A stretch of 63,432 nt of DNA, the filler included, from Octopus bimaculoides (Eukaryota): assembly GCF_001194135.2 (NCBI RefSeq). It is 5 parts of 5 records of this genome, joined end to end, with 100 filler letters (N's around TTAATTAATTAA, not from the genome) between each part and the next. Parts side by side here need not be neighbours in the genome. Positions count along the whole stretch, not along the records: positions 1 to 20,525 come from NC_069001.1; positions 20,626 to 33,253 come from NC_068988.1; 3 more parts are not named here. The stretch is one strand, 5' to 3'. Under the pieces are notes generated by a model. It did not search any database. It was not told the origin of the DNA and saw nothing but the letters and a program-made list of their open reading frames with translations. Position numbers and translations under genes: made by a program. Shown piece by piece: positions 16,256-30,076 of this stretch. Within the stretch, counting starts at the first letter, position 1. The number at the start of each line of letters is the position of its first letter.

Positions 16256-16499
16256 TTTATTATTATTATATAATTTTATATTTTTGCAGATGTAGAAACA
16301 AAAAGTAAGTGAAAAACCATTTGGCTTTGCTCAGGATGGTATTGAACCCTGGCCAGAAACTCCAGTATGTCCTCTGCTGCTGGTTATCTACACCTTTACC
16401 TACAAGGACCTAGACTCCCAATGAAATGCTCTCAAAAATTAAGATATTTAACTTTTTGCCATTCACACTATCCCATCATAAGTAATTCTGTTATTCTTT

Positions 16500-16755
16500 T
16501 ACTCAGTTGACTGTGGCCATGCTGCAGCACCACCTTAAATAGTTTTAGTGGAAGAAATTGACCTCAGGACTCATCTTTTAAGTCTACACATACACACACA
16601 TACATATCTTCTATCTTTTACTTGCCTAAGTTATTAGACTGCAGCCATCCTGGGGCACGACCTTCAAGAATTTTTAGTCAATTGAATCAAGCCAAGTACT
16701 TTCTCTTTTTAAGTCTGGTACTCATTCTATCAGTCCCTTTTGCTGAACTGCTATG
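16500..16755 (-). mobile_element. SINE 3' tail fragments (two pieces)
   Basis: gactgtggccatgctgcagcaccacc and gactgcagccatcctggggcacgacc..ctgaactgct match the tail at 11848 in reverse. Confidence 0.55.
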
Positions 16756-16765
16756 CTATATACAT

Positions 16766-16818
<53 letters not shown>

Positions 16819-17184
16819 TGTTCTTAAAATATTCTCTAATTATAAACAAGATGGACACTACATAGTTAGTGTCAAAACAAGAATATGGAAGTGATATTAA
16901 ATACAAAGAGCCCCAAACATTGTATTGATTGAAAAAGATCAAAAAACGACTGAAGAAAATAAACCAAAAATACCTCTTAAATCGCAGGTATTGTTAGAAA
17001 GTTAATGAGAGTGGTCATATGTTGTGATGAATGGAGAAGAATACATATAAAAGGTATGTGTGGATAGATAACTGGTGAATATGGTTTGTTTTCTATAACT
17101 CTATTTCCCAAGTTTTATTCTTCCGAAACATTTCGTCCGTTTAATTTTTTTTGTTTATGTAGGTCTTCCTCTCATCATAACAGC

Positions 17185-17215
17185 CAGAAGTCAATACCCG
17201 GTTGAGCATGCGCAT
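17185..17215 (-). promoter_or_regulatory. Putative ZNF-3 promoter block, NRF1-like
   Basis: Reverse complement atgcgcatgctcaaccgggtattgacttctg is 25/31 identical to 5514-5544 and has the same orientation relative to its gene. Confidence 0.55.
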
Positions 17216-18239
17216 AGAGAAGTGTTACTGGCGAATTATGTCGTACTAACACTCTTTTATATTTATATATTTATTTTTTTTATAACCATCAGGTCAGGAG
17301 ATATGAGAGGTCCTTCATCACTACATATGACCACTCACATTAACTTCCTAACAATAGCAGCGATTTAAGCGACGTATTTTTTTGTTTATATTATTTTCTT
17401 CATTCAGTCATTTTTTGATCTTTTTGCAACGTGGCATAACTAAAGATTCTGCCCGCCACCGGCTTTGGATGATCATAACTTTCAGAAAAATGGATATTTT
17501 GCAATGAAATTCTCTACGAATATGATGTAGATTCCGAATATGCATTTGGGGTGGGTATTTTAGGAGGGGTGGAGAATTTTAGAAAATCCACCTCGTTTTG
17601 ATTACGCTAGTCACGTTTTGATACACTAGCCTCGTTCTGAGCCATATACAAGCCACAACCTTAGTTTCCTAAAGGGGCTCTGGTTGAAGGTACACCACGA
17701 ATCATCTCCCACATTTGCTACTCGTATCTTAGTGAAAACATGTCTGTCTACATCAACATAGAATCTATGGGTTTGTAAATGAAAATATTTTATTATCGCA
17801 CACACACACACATGTATACATACTGTTAGTACAAGTTTTATATGTTGCTTCTCCTCTCAGTGTAAAAGGAAACTTTTCTTTGTACATAACGCACGTATTT
17901 TGTATCATATATGCTTCTACCACAAAAGGTGAACGCTGTAAATGTTCTATAGTAATTAAATATTACCCCCCCCCCCATCTGATAACACGTACTTGAACGG
18001 CCGACGACAACCGCTATACGGTAGTACGTCATATGCTATATTTCTTCATTACTCGCAGGGGGCAAAACACAGAAGGGATCATATACAAGGACACAAGACG
18101 AGACAAACATGAATGGGTGAAAACGGATGTAAAGGTTAAATGAAACGTAAAATGAATGATGTAATGACGCTCGGCCCCACGCCCGGACACTTTCGTTTCA
18201 CTTTTGATTACTTTTTACAAATGTGTGATACATTAATAT

Positions 18240-18320
18240 TTATTTCTTTATTGCCCACAGGGGGCTAAACGTAGAGGGGAGAGACAAACGGATGGAGTCG
18301 ATTACATCGACCCAGTGTCC
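18240..18320 (-). mobile_element. SINE 3' fragment of the family at 32219
   Basis: ttgcccacagggggctaaac..gtcgattacatcgacccagt is the reverse complement of the 3' part of the 32219 copy. Confidence 0.55.
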
Positions 18321-19218
18321 TATACATGGGAATTCGTGTGATTATAGAAAAAAGGTTTATTTTTATTCAACCTTTTTAAATATTACAAACTCTTTGAAAT
18401 CACAAATTAGGCTTTTCCTCCGGAACTTGGATGAATTAAAATAAACCCTTTTTCCATAATTACATGAATTCCTGTGTGTAGAATACAAATTCACAAAGGT
18501 TTTCTGAAAATTCAAAAGTATAGAAAATGTTATGAAAGGTTAAAAGGGAGGCTTAAACCTTTCATGCTTTTGAGATCCATAAAAATATGTACTCTGGTCA
18601 ATATAATTGACTTTCCCCATCCCCAGATTTTCAGGCCTTGTGCCTATATTAGAAAGGATTTTCCATTGTTCTTCAGGTGGGGAGTAGTCAAAATCCTTAG
18701 TCCATCAGATAAAATGCTTCGCAGCATTTTGTCTCTCCCTTTGCACACCTCATTGAGGTCTGCTTTGTCTTTCACTGTTTTGGGGTTCTTAAAATGAAGC
18801 GCNNNNNNNNNNNNNNNNNNNNNNNNNNNNNNNNNNNNNNNNNNNNNNNNNNNNNNNNNNNNNNNNNNNNNNNNNNNNNNNNNNNNNNNNNNNNNNNNNN
18901 NNNNNNNNNNNNNNNNNNNNNNNNNNNNNNNNNNNNNNNNNNNNNNNNNNNNNNNNNNNNNNNNNNNNNNNNNAGATCCATCAATATTTATCAACTTGTT
19001 AGGACAGAAAAACTCTATGGAAAACATTGGCATCAATAAATACAGATTAATAGCCGAATTTTCTGTTTGGAATGTGTAGAAGATGGATTTATATTCTAAT
19101 TAAAATTGGATTGCAAAGGAGTTAGCAGCATCTTCAAATATTAATCAAGATCACAGTTGATGGAAATATAGCAGAACAAAAAGAAAAACATCTATATTGT
19201 GGAAAGAGATAAAGATTG

Positions 19219-20431
<1,213 letters not shown>

Positions 20432-20525
20432 TTCTGTATCGTAATTCAGCTTGTATGCCAATAAAATCTAATAACTGGTTCAACTGAACGTTTGTTGATC
20501 CAATTACTTTTTTTTTCTTTTGCTT

Positions 20526-20625
20526 NNNNNNNNNNNNNNNNNNNNNNNNNNNNNNNNNNNNNNNNNNNNTTAATTAATTAANNNNNNNNNNNNNNNNNNN
20601 NNNNNNNNNNNNNNNNNNNNNNNNN
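20526..20625. other. Artificial scaffold linker N44-TTAATTAATTAA-N44
   Basis: Exact 100-nt construct with stops in all six frames, seen four times. Confidence 0.95.
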
Positions 20626-20785
20626 ATATATATATATACACGCACAGACGATGTTAGCGGTATATCTTGTGATGTGTTCTAACATGTATTTTTCAGCATT
20701 GGCTATTATGAACTTTGACTACATACCTAATATATACTGAAACGCTTCGATAGTACTTAAATTTTCTTTCCGTTATATTTATACT

Positions 20786-23215
20786 TTTATACCTTGGTAT
20801 TGGATAAATGGTTTAGCGAAGCAAGGAGAAAGAAATATTTACACGACGCAGTACGATTATTATTACACAAGACGATTATTATTACACGCTCTCAGTCAAC
20901 AGCTCACAGTGAACTGCTTGCCCTATTGCTCATAGTACTTTATTTATTAGCAATGTGTCAGTTCATTTTTAGTGACATGGAGGTGGTCGGAATTCTTCCA
21001 CAACATCTCTCCGCTTTAGAATTTCTTTCTCCAACTTCTCCCCCTTTTGAAATTTAAACTCCGCTCACAGCTTTGATATTCTTTACTCTTAGGGTTCAAT
21101 TTCAATGTTTCCGTTCTTTGCCGTTTTCCAATGCTAGAACGTGTAGCTTCAAATTGTTTGGGTGTAAGTACCTCAAACGTGTTGTACAATATCGCCATTG
21201 GGATTTCGTTTCTCGTGACTGTTTTTCCTGTGAATCATTTTTTTAGTTGGTTAATGTCTTTTATATTCGGCATTTTTCCCATTTACCAAGAATAACATTC
21301 TTCCAATTTGTCTAAAATTACGGTGTAATTATTAAACAAATTTCTTTACCATATCTATACCAGCTTTATCTGTCCTAACGCTGAGAAAGGTACTGTTCGT
21401 CTTTGTTTAAATACCGGTATGGCGCTTTCTTTTGTTTGAAACTTCGTTTTCGTTTTAGTTCACAGACCTAAATCATCAGACAAAACTTCAGAAAAAATCT
21501 TTTAAATTTTGTTTTCAATTCGTCTGGCAACTTATTTGTACTGGCGGAAAAACCATTCACATTTTTACAGAAAAGATTTATGGGGAGGTCCCATAAGTTA
21601 AATAATTCCATTCAGTCTGTTCCGAATAAATTTGTTGTATTATCTAACGCAAGAACTTTGGCTTTTAAGGTTTTTCCACGAAATGTAACGTCACTTAATA
21701 ATCCGCCCCTAAAATGTAGACTTTTTCCTGAAACACCAAGCGCAATGTTAAGTTTCTTTTAATCTAGGTCTCCTAATCTTTTCCACGTAGCTGTGTTAAT
21801 CATCGAGATATCACAACCCGTATTTAATTGTAAATTTACGTATCTGTTACTAATTTTTACATACACAAATTTCTTTTGAGATTCGTTTGTATTTCTTATC
21901 ACCAATAACCTGGTTACTTGATTTTTTCAGTTCAACCGTTTAAGTTTTGGTTTAGTGTGATTTTTTTATGACCTATCTTACACTTGAAGCATTTCATATT
22001 TTTAAACAAACAGTTACTTTTAAAATGTAGACTATCGCACTCATAACATGGATTCCTTTCTATATTTTTTCTCTTTTTTTCTTATTTGTTACCGGTTGAC
22101 ATGCAATCTCTTTCTACAGCCATCTCTTTCTACTTTTTTTTTTTGCGTCATATCTAAGATTTATAATCCTCTAGTGTTCTTCTCCTTCTGCCTGTAAAGT
22201 TAAATGTTGGTCCTGTTCTAATTTTGTTAATATCCGGGAACGTATATCTGCATCTTTGCTTGCAATAAGATGAACCAAAATTAAGTATTTGAACATGTCC
22301 GGAGTTTATTCATTTCATTTGAATTTTTCACATTTTCTGTTAACAACTTCGGCATTGGTGACGAAATCTTTATCACATTTTTTGACCAAATTTAAAAATT
22401 ACCAGCGAGTATTGAACAGGGAACTTCTTTCACTGAAAATTTTCGATAAAATATTGTTTCATCGAAACTAATCTCACATGGCTTCTTCGGCAGAATATAG
22501 ATACTATATTTTTCGTGTTCGGCAGGGGATACCTTTCCTAGCAGTAGTCGTAATTTTTTCTCGTCAAACCAACTTTTACGTTCTCCTTTGAAGTTTTCTA
22601 CGTTTCTTCGAAGATATGCNNNNNNNNNNNNNNNNNNNNNNNNNNNNNNNNNNNNNNNNNNNNNNNNNNNNNNNNNNNNNNNNNNNNNNNNNNNNNNNNN
22701 NNNNNNNNNNNNNNNNNNNNNNNNNNNNNNNNNNNNNNNNNNNNNNNNNNNNNNNNNNNNNNNNNNNNNNNNNNNNNNNNNNNNNNNNNNNNNNNNNNNN
22801 NNNNNNNNNNNNNNNNNNNNNNNNNNNNNNNNNNNNNNNNNNNNNNNNNNNNNNNNNNNNNNNNNNNNNNNNNNNNNNNNNNNNNNNNNNNNNNNNNNNN
22901 NNNNNNNNNNNNNNNNCCCCCCCCCCAACACACACACACCAAAAAAAAATGATATCTGAACGTCCAACGCAAGCTCCGAACAACTCGTCGGCACTTTTAT
23001 ATCCTGGTGTTGGATAAATAATATAACGATGCAAGGGAAAAGAAATATTTACTCGACGCAATGCGATTACTATTACACGAGACTCAACATTCTCGAAGGT
23101 TCACAGTGGACTGCTTCCAATGAACTGCTTTCTCAATTGCTCACAGTACTTTATTTATTAGCAATATGTCAGTCTACTTTTAATCAGATGGAGTGGTTGG
23201 AATCCTTCCACAATA
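20786..23215 (-). mobile_element. Internally deleted Ty3/gypsy LTR retrotransposon
   Basis: Diverged direct repeats at ~20786-21005 and ~22996-23215 each carry AATAAA on the minus strand. PBS-like aagtgccgacgag (22984-22996) and PPT aaagcggagaga before TGTTG. gag DEKKLRLLLGKVSPAEHEKY..ILPKKP, zinc knuckles CYECDSLHFKSNC and CFKCKIGH, protease LQLNTGCDISMIN, RT start only. Confidence 0.85.
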
Positions 23216-23518
23216 TATATGATACTTTCCTACACCTAATGCATTTATAGATTAACGCATTAAGCCAATTTAACTCAGTTTAATAATTAGTAAAATTATG
23301 ATTGGAGTTATGCATCTTTGAGCATTTGCTAATGCAATTTGATTTTAACTTTTATATTATATATCTAATAATTATTATTTGACAATGAAGCTTGTGCTCG
23401 ATGTAAATGAATATTTCATACATATCACCTGTTTATATATAAAAATAAATACGGTTGTCTGTGCGTGTATGTGAATTTTATGAATAAATATACTTGTATG
23501 TGTATCTAATTTTCTCTG

Positions 23519-23569
<51 letters not shown>

Positions 23570-25089
23570 GTCTGTCTGTCTGTCTGTCTGACTCTGTGTG
23601 TGTGTATATATGTGTATACTTTATATATACATGTATATATATGTATGAGTGTGTGTATACATTTACATATGTATATATTATATGTGTGTATATACATATA
23701 TATATATATGCATATATTTGGATACATTCATACACGCACTCACGCACGCACACACACACACAAACACACATATATTGCAATTACATATAAACATATGGAT
23801 ATATATTCAGCCTGATTAGCACCCATGCGTCATAGACTCTGCGTACGTGAGAGCATTTACGCGTATATGTTTATGTGTATAGATGTACGTATGCATTGTG
23901 TGTGTATGTGTCTGTGTCTGTTCACTTATATGTTCTTTTGAGAGTACACAGGCAGCCATCGATACTTCGTATTCAAGGTATTTGGTGTAACACACAAACA
24001 TATATACAAAGCTAAAATGGCTGAGGGCATACCATTCAGTTGGCGGTTGCTTACATCAAGTATACATGAGAGTGTAGGAGTGTTAGTAAATGGAGAAAGA
24101 AGAAACAACGTGAAACATAGAAACAGAAAGACAGAAAAAGAATGACATAAAAGAGAAAGAACAAATAGAGAAGAGTTTGAAAAAGGCTGAGGCAAATCAG
24201 TGCCCAGCTATATCATGTGATGGAAGAGAACAGCTAGTAATATACAGAACTTATGTTAGACAATCTGGAATTTCAATAGTACAACATTTATTAGACAGCA
24301 ACTTCCATTTAATTAATGAAAATAACGAAGATATCAGAATGATTGTTGTAAACATTCATATGACGCAACAAAGTTTTCTCGTCATTTTCTTTTCCTGTGT
24401 TTCTATTTTCTTCTATTCGTTTCTTTCTCCTGCTCTGTCTCCCCTCCACTTTCTAATCTTCCATCTCCTTCTCTTTCTTCTACTTCTTCATATTCTATTG
24501 TTCTTTCCTTTTTGTGTTTTTCTTTGTTTTTAATTAATTGCAGTTATCTTCCATGACGAAATTAAAACACGTTCCTACCAAGAATATGAACTCAAATACT
24601 GGAGCGAAACACAAAAGTTTGTTGTATATGCTGTGTTGTGTCTGATTAGATTGTAGGAATTAAACATACGTTTGTTTGTGTTAATGTATTACGTATATCG
24701 ATAGCTAAGTTCCATTATCTATCTAACATTATGTATACATATATGCGTATGTATGGATCTATGTATGAATGTATGGACATATGCATGTTTTTTTGTTATT
24801 TATTTTAGATTGATTTTCTTTTACTAAATTCAAGTTGCCACAGTGTGAAGCTATTTTGCGTAAATCGACAGCTTTTAGGATATGTGGTTAACTGAATTTC
24901 TTTGAACCTATGTGAATTGATGTGTCTGTGTGTTTGCGAATGGCTAAACTTGCACATGTGGGTGTGCGTGTTTCAATAGAACACAAGTGTGAACATCTCA
25001 TTGTTATTTATGTGTGGACGAGAGTGTATATTCCATAACTATATATGATTGCGTAACAACCAGCTATCTCAAACAGGGTATCTTCTGTT

Positions 25090-25375
25090 TCCTTACTTGT
25101 TTCAGTCATTTGAATGCGGCGATCCTGGAACACTACCTTAAAGAGATTTAGTCAAAGAAATCGACCGCAGAACTTCATGTTTTAAACCCGAAGACTTATT
25201 CTGTCGGTTTCTTTGACTTAACTGTTAGGTTACGGGGAGGGGGTAAATACACCAACACCGGTTGTCAAGCAGTGGTGGCGGACAAACACGAACACAAAGA
25301 CACACACACACATAGATATATACATATATATACACGACGAGTTTCTTTCAGTTTCTGTCTACCAGATCCCTTGAA
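25090..25375 (-). mobile_element. tRNA-derived SINE (tail, microsatellite middle, part of head)
   Basis: cttacttgtttcagtc..ccggttgtcaagc..ctttcagtttctgtctacc, collinear with the pieces at 11848 and 16105. Confidence 0.6.
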
Positions 25376-26254
25376 GCTAAGTTCGAGAGAACTAAGCTTG
25401 TTCGGTTCGAGAAGGCAGGACACAGAGAAAACAGTCGAAGGATCCTCCAGATCTATCAATACCATATGAATACGTCATAAGCACAGTCCAGATGTGTGTC
25501 TAGCGTCATGCTATCTTATCCAGAGTATAAGAGATGTTTCTCGTTGATATATAAATATATATATATACAGATACACACACACACACACACACANNNNNNN
25601 NNNNNNNNNNNNNNNNNNNNNNNNNNNNNNNNNNNNNNNNNNNNNNNNNNNNNNNNNNNNNNNNNNNNNNNNNNNNNNNNNNNNNNNNNNNNNNNNNNNN
25701 NNNNNNNNNNNNNNNNNNNNNNNNNNNNNNNNNNNNNNNNNNNNNNNNNNNNNNNNNNNNNNNNNNNNNNNNNNNNNNNNNNNNNNNNNNNNNNNNNNNN
25801 NNNNNNNNNNNNNNNNNNNNNNNNNNNNNNNNNNNNNNNNNNNNNNNNNNNNNNNNNNNNNNNNNNNNNNNNNNNNNNNNNNNNNNNNNNNNNNNNNNNN
25901 NNNNNNNNNNTATATATATATATATTGTTGTATTTCGTGGTGGTCAGTTTTTTTGCCAAATAAACACGCGTACTATATATTCGTTCTTCATTCTTTTATT
26001 ACTGTTCTTATATATATATATTTACATATTTGCATAATTTAGACTGTACATTTCTAGTTGGTAACAATATGTAACTTCAGCTTATAGCCTCCGAATTATA
26101 AAAACAATATTCTACCAACATGAATATTCTAGTAATATCCATTATGTCCATTTCTCGCAACCAAATAAACAGCATGTCCCCTATATTCTGATCTTCCTCC
26201 AGTGCTTTCAGACAAATCCGTTGTTTGACAATGTGGCTAGATATACTCTTTTAC

Positions 26255-26305
26255 TCTTAATTGTTTCAGTCATTTGACAGCGGCCATGCTGGAGCACCAC
26301 CTTTA
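26255..26305 (-). mobile_element. SINE 3' terminus
   Basis: tgtttcagtcatttgacagcggccatgctggagcaccacc. Confidence 0.6.
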
Positions 26306-26866
26306 GATATAACAATTTTACAAACACATTCGTATGTAGACAGAATTCGACAAATCTTCAATTACTATTTCTACATGTTTAAATTAGTTTTCAAAATAAT
26401 TATCACCCAAATCAAACACAGTATGCAATGTAAGCTGAGTCTAGCATAAACTGTGAAATTTTCTTCCTTGTCAGTAGTGAGCAACCCAGGCCTTGCAGAA
26501 TCTCCAAATGGACAGTCAGATTTTGACAAGATACACACATACATCCATATATACACAGACATACAGAAATATACACACACATACACACATTCACACACGC
26601 ATACGCACACACACTCACACATATACATTTGCACACGCGTGTATGTGTGTGAATATTTGAGTGTAGAAGAGATGAATTTATGTATTTATATAAATATAAA
26701 TATATAAATATATATAGCGATACACACATACATACACATATATATATACATATATTGATATATGCATAAATATAGATATAGATATATACATATACACGTA
26801 CATGTATACATACATATACATGTACATATATGTATATATATAGATATATATACATACATATACAAG

Positions 26867-26906
<40 letters not shown>

Positions 26907-27014
26907 TGCAAACACATGCATGTAAGCATATACACAGTATCAGACGCAGAAGTGTTTTATTTGGCATGTGTATATCTATATCTACGTATCTATACTTACA
27001 AATATATTTATATC

Positions 27015-27096
<82 letters not shown>

Positions 27097-27969
27097 ACAT
27101 ACATATATATACACACACACACACACATATAAATATATTTACTGTAACTCAGATATGTAGACATATATAATTATCGGCAATGATCTGCTGACATCAATTA
27201 GAGCAACAAAGCCCAGAAATCTAACAGTAATACGATCAAACAGTAAACTGAAGTCGTCCTCAAGGGAGTATTCAAACGAAAAATACAATACACTGAAGAA
27301 TTCAATGAAAACGTTGGAAAATTTGCCGACTTGATGAACTGAAGGACTGTTTATTATAAGACAAGTCTCTGCTTATTGATAAAGATCGGGTCTAGAGAAA
27401 ACTCGTGTAACAACTGCTGAAGCCTGTCCAGTCCTTAGCTGCATAATAATATCGTGAAGCATAGGTGATCAAAGGAATCGATTATGATCCGTGTCGGTAA
27501 AATCAGTTCAATACAACTAATAAAATTCACTGAGTTTCCGTGTTTGAAGAAGTAATTCAATGTTACGGGATTTATCGTGATTGGAAACGTTGTGATGTCT
27601 GGCGTAATTCTGTACAAGATGGTGGAGAATGTCTTCTGTTAGATATGAAGACATGAGAAAAGAAATTAATGTAGGATTCCTTCAAACGGCAAATGGAAAC
27701 TTATCCTACAATGAAGCCTGTACCTATTGTTTGCTTTGTTAGAATTAACAGCTAAATTTGTCTCATATCACACCCTACTGCCTTCAAAGCAACAAGAGCT
27801 TACTGTAAAATTTAGCTCTAGATATATCCTAGCCATAATTTTTGACATAGTAGAGGTGGCGCAGTTTCATCACGGTATCCCACTGATGATTGCCAAGTGC
27901 ACCAAATTTAATAATATGGGTTTCAAATTTTGGTACAAGGCTAACGTTCAGTGTGCCTGGTGATGGATA

Positions 27970-28650
27970 GAAGTCGATTACATCGACCCCAGTTCTCAAC
28001 TCATCCTTATCTTGTCGAGTCTGAATAGATGAAAGCAAAGTCGACCTTGGCGGAATTTGAACTAAGAACGTAAAGACAGACGAAATGCCAATAAGCATTT
28101 TCCCCGGCCTACTAAGGATTATGGCAGCTCACTGCCATATTAGATTTCATAATAATCACTGGTTCTAATTTTTTCCAATATAAAGAAGAGGAAAGAATTA
28201 ATTAACTGTAAGCAAACGCTGGCTTTTCCACACTTTCTATTTTAGGCACAATGTCTGAAATTTTAAGGGAGTGGAGAATAGCCGATTACATCGAACCCAA
28301 TCTTGGGCGGTTACTTATTTCAGCGTCCCCGAAAGGATGAAAGTCAAGCTTAAAGTTGATCTCGACGCAATTTTAACAGAAAACATAAAACTAGAAGAAA
28401 TGCCGCTAAGCATTTTGCTCGACACGCTAACGATTCCGCCTACTCACCGCCTCTCATGACTAACCCTTTCTACAATAGACGCAAGACCTGCGATTTTATA
28501 TTAGGGGGCTAATCGATTACATCGATTCCAGTGATCAACTTTATCGCCCTCGAAAGAATTAAAAACTAAGTAGACATTTGCGGATTTTAAGCTCAGAATG
28601 TAAAGACGAATAAAATGCCTCTAAGCATTTTATCTATCAGCTCGTCGCCT
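27970..28650 (-). mobile_element. Three tandem decayed tRNA-SINE copies (27970-28130, 28282-28455, 28508-28650)
   Basis: Each has gtcgattacatcga-like, gaaaggatgaaag-like and aagcattt blocks and ends in ctcaccgcct-like sequence. They are reverse complements of the 32219 copy. Confidence 0.7.
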
Positions 28651-29457
28651 TCTTTTTCTCATTTGTATTAAAGACAAGTAGGACAAGGGTGGCCCAAACT
28701 TTTGACGAATATTTTTCGGTGTTCCCTTTTATTTATAAGTTTGAAAACCAGAGACAAAATATAGAGGGCTTTCAGCGTTGATATATCATTGCTATTATAG
28801 TTTCTATTAAAGCTAATCCAAAGTTAAATATAAATAGTAACATCAACAACAGCAGCAAAAATGAAGAGAAAAGCAATGTATTCTCGCTCCCATATTTTTC
28901 TTAGAATATTATTTGTTATCCTTCACCTTGTTTTTCTCTTTTTTTCCCACGTGAATGTGACATGTCAGACACCTGAAAAAGAAATAGCGTTGCTACAGTT
29001 CGTTGTTCCTTTCAGAAGCTGGCATTAACATATTGTTCTTTATATATTTTATATTTATTCTTATATTATTCTTTATTCATCTTCCATAGGCTCAGTATAT
29101 TTCCTCATATATGTATGTAGATTTATTAAAATCAACACGACTTGCGATGTACTATTGGTTTCGTTTTTTGGGGTGTTTTTGTTTCTTGTGTTTTTTTTTG
29201 TTTTCTTTTTTTGTTTTCTCCTGGCAAGCGAGCGTTAGTAGTAGCCACGAGTCAACCATTTAAGACTAAATATCATTATCAAAGACATACACATTATCTA
29301 ATATGTCACTCTACATTTATGACAGAAGTGTCTCGTTTGAGCGATGTTTAGCTTCTGTTATTATTGCATGCATTCATATCTCTGCTGTTATTGCCTAGCA
29401 TCTGGTAAAACTGTGAGATGCAAGCATTTCATGACAAAACAGAGTGAATGACTTACA

Positions 29458-29594
29458 ATATTTACATTTGACGGATATTTATCCTCATCTTGTTTGTTGT
29501 TAATATAACGTTTCGGCTGATATACCCGCCAGCCTTCATCAGGTATCTTGGGAAAATTTCGAATCTGGGTTCTCATTCCTAAGGTATTTTTCGA

Positions 29595-29634
<40 letters not shown>

Positions 29635-29710
29635 CAAGTCACTGCCTGGAATCGAACTCGGAATCTTGGGTTAGTAGCCCGCGCTCTTAACCACTACGCC
29701 ATATGCCCGT
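29458..29710 (-). mobile_element. Short element: tRNA-like head, (AAT)n, hammerhead-containing tail (left arm of inverted pair)
   Basis: Minus strand has A box TGGCGTAGTGG, B box GAGTTCGATTCC, (AAT)n, then CCTGATGAAGGCTG..CAGCCGAAACGTT. Confidence 0.75.
29502..29547 (-). ncRNA. Minimal type-I hammerhead ribozyme candidate
   Basis: RNA gauac-CUGAUGA-A-GGCUG(gcggguauau)CAGCC-GAAA-CGUU-auauu. It has a 5-bp stem II and a palindromic AACGUU stem III. Stem I is imperfect (closing C-A mismatch). Confidence 0.55.
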
Positions 29711-29827
29711 GGCATATTATTAAAATTAACATGACTTGCGATGTCACTATTGGTTCCGTTTTTGTATTTTTTGTTTTTTTTTGTCTTCTCGTGGCATGCG
29801 AGCGTTAGTAGTAGCCACACTTATATT

Positions 29828-30076
29828 ACGGGCATATGGAGTAGTGGTTAAGAGCGCGGGCTACTAACCCCGAGATTCCGAGTTCGATTCCAGGTAGTGA
29901 CCTGAATAATAATAATAATAATAATAATAACAACAACAACAACAACAACATCGAAAAATACCTTAGGAATGAGAACCCAGGTTCGAAATTGCCCCAAGAC
30001 ACCTGATGAAGGCTGGCGGATATATCTTGTTTGTTAACAAACAAGATGGGGACAAATATCCGTCAAATGCAAATAA
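29828..30076 (+). mobile_element. Second copy of the tRNA-head/(AAT)n/hammerhead-tail element (right arm)
   Basis: Reverse complement of 29458-29710 with a few substitutions. It keeps CTGATGA (30003-30009) but has lost the CAGCCGAAAC half. Confidence 0.75.

Noticed and set aside
20570-20581. TTAATTAATTAA as a homeodomain site or piggyBac TTAA target
   Set aside because: It is always centred in exactly 44+44 Ns, so it is a synthetic linker.
27293-27315. CTGAAGA..GAAAACGTTG
   Set aside because: Stem II would need a 1-nt loop and there is no valid NUH site with stem I. It is probably chance.
29829-29900. Possible tRNA gene (anticodon-loop ACT)
   Set aside because: The acceptor and T stems do not close properly, and it runs into (AAT)n and a repeat tail. 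It is a SINE-type head.
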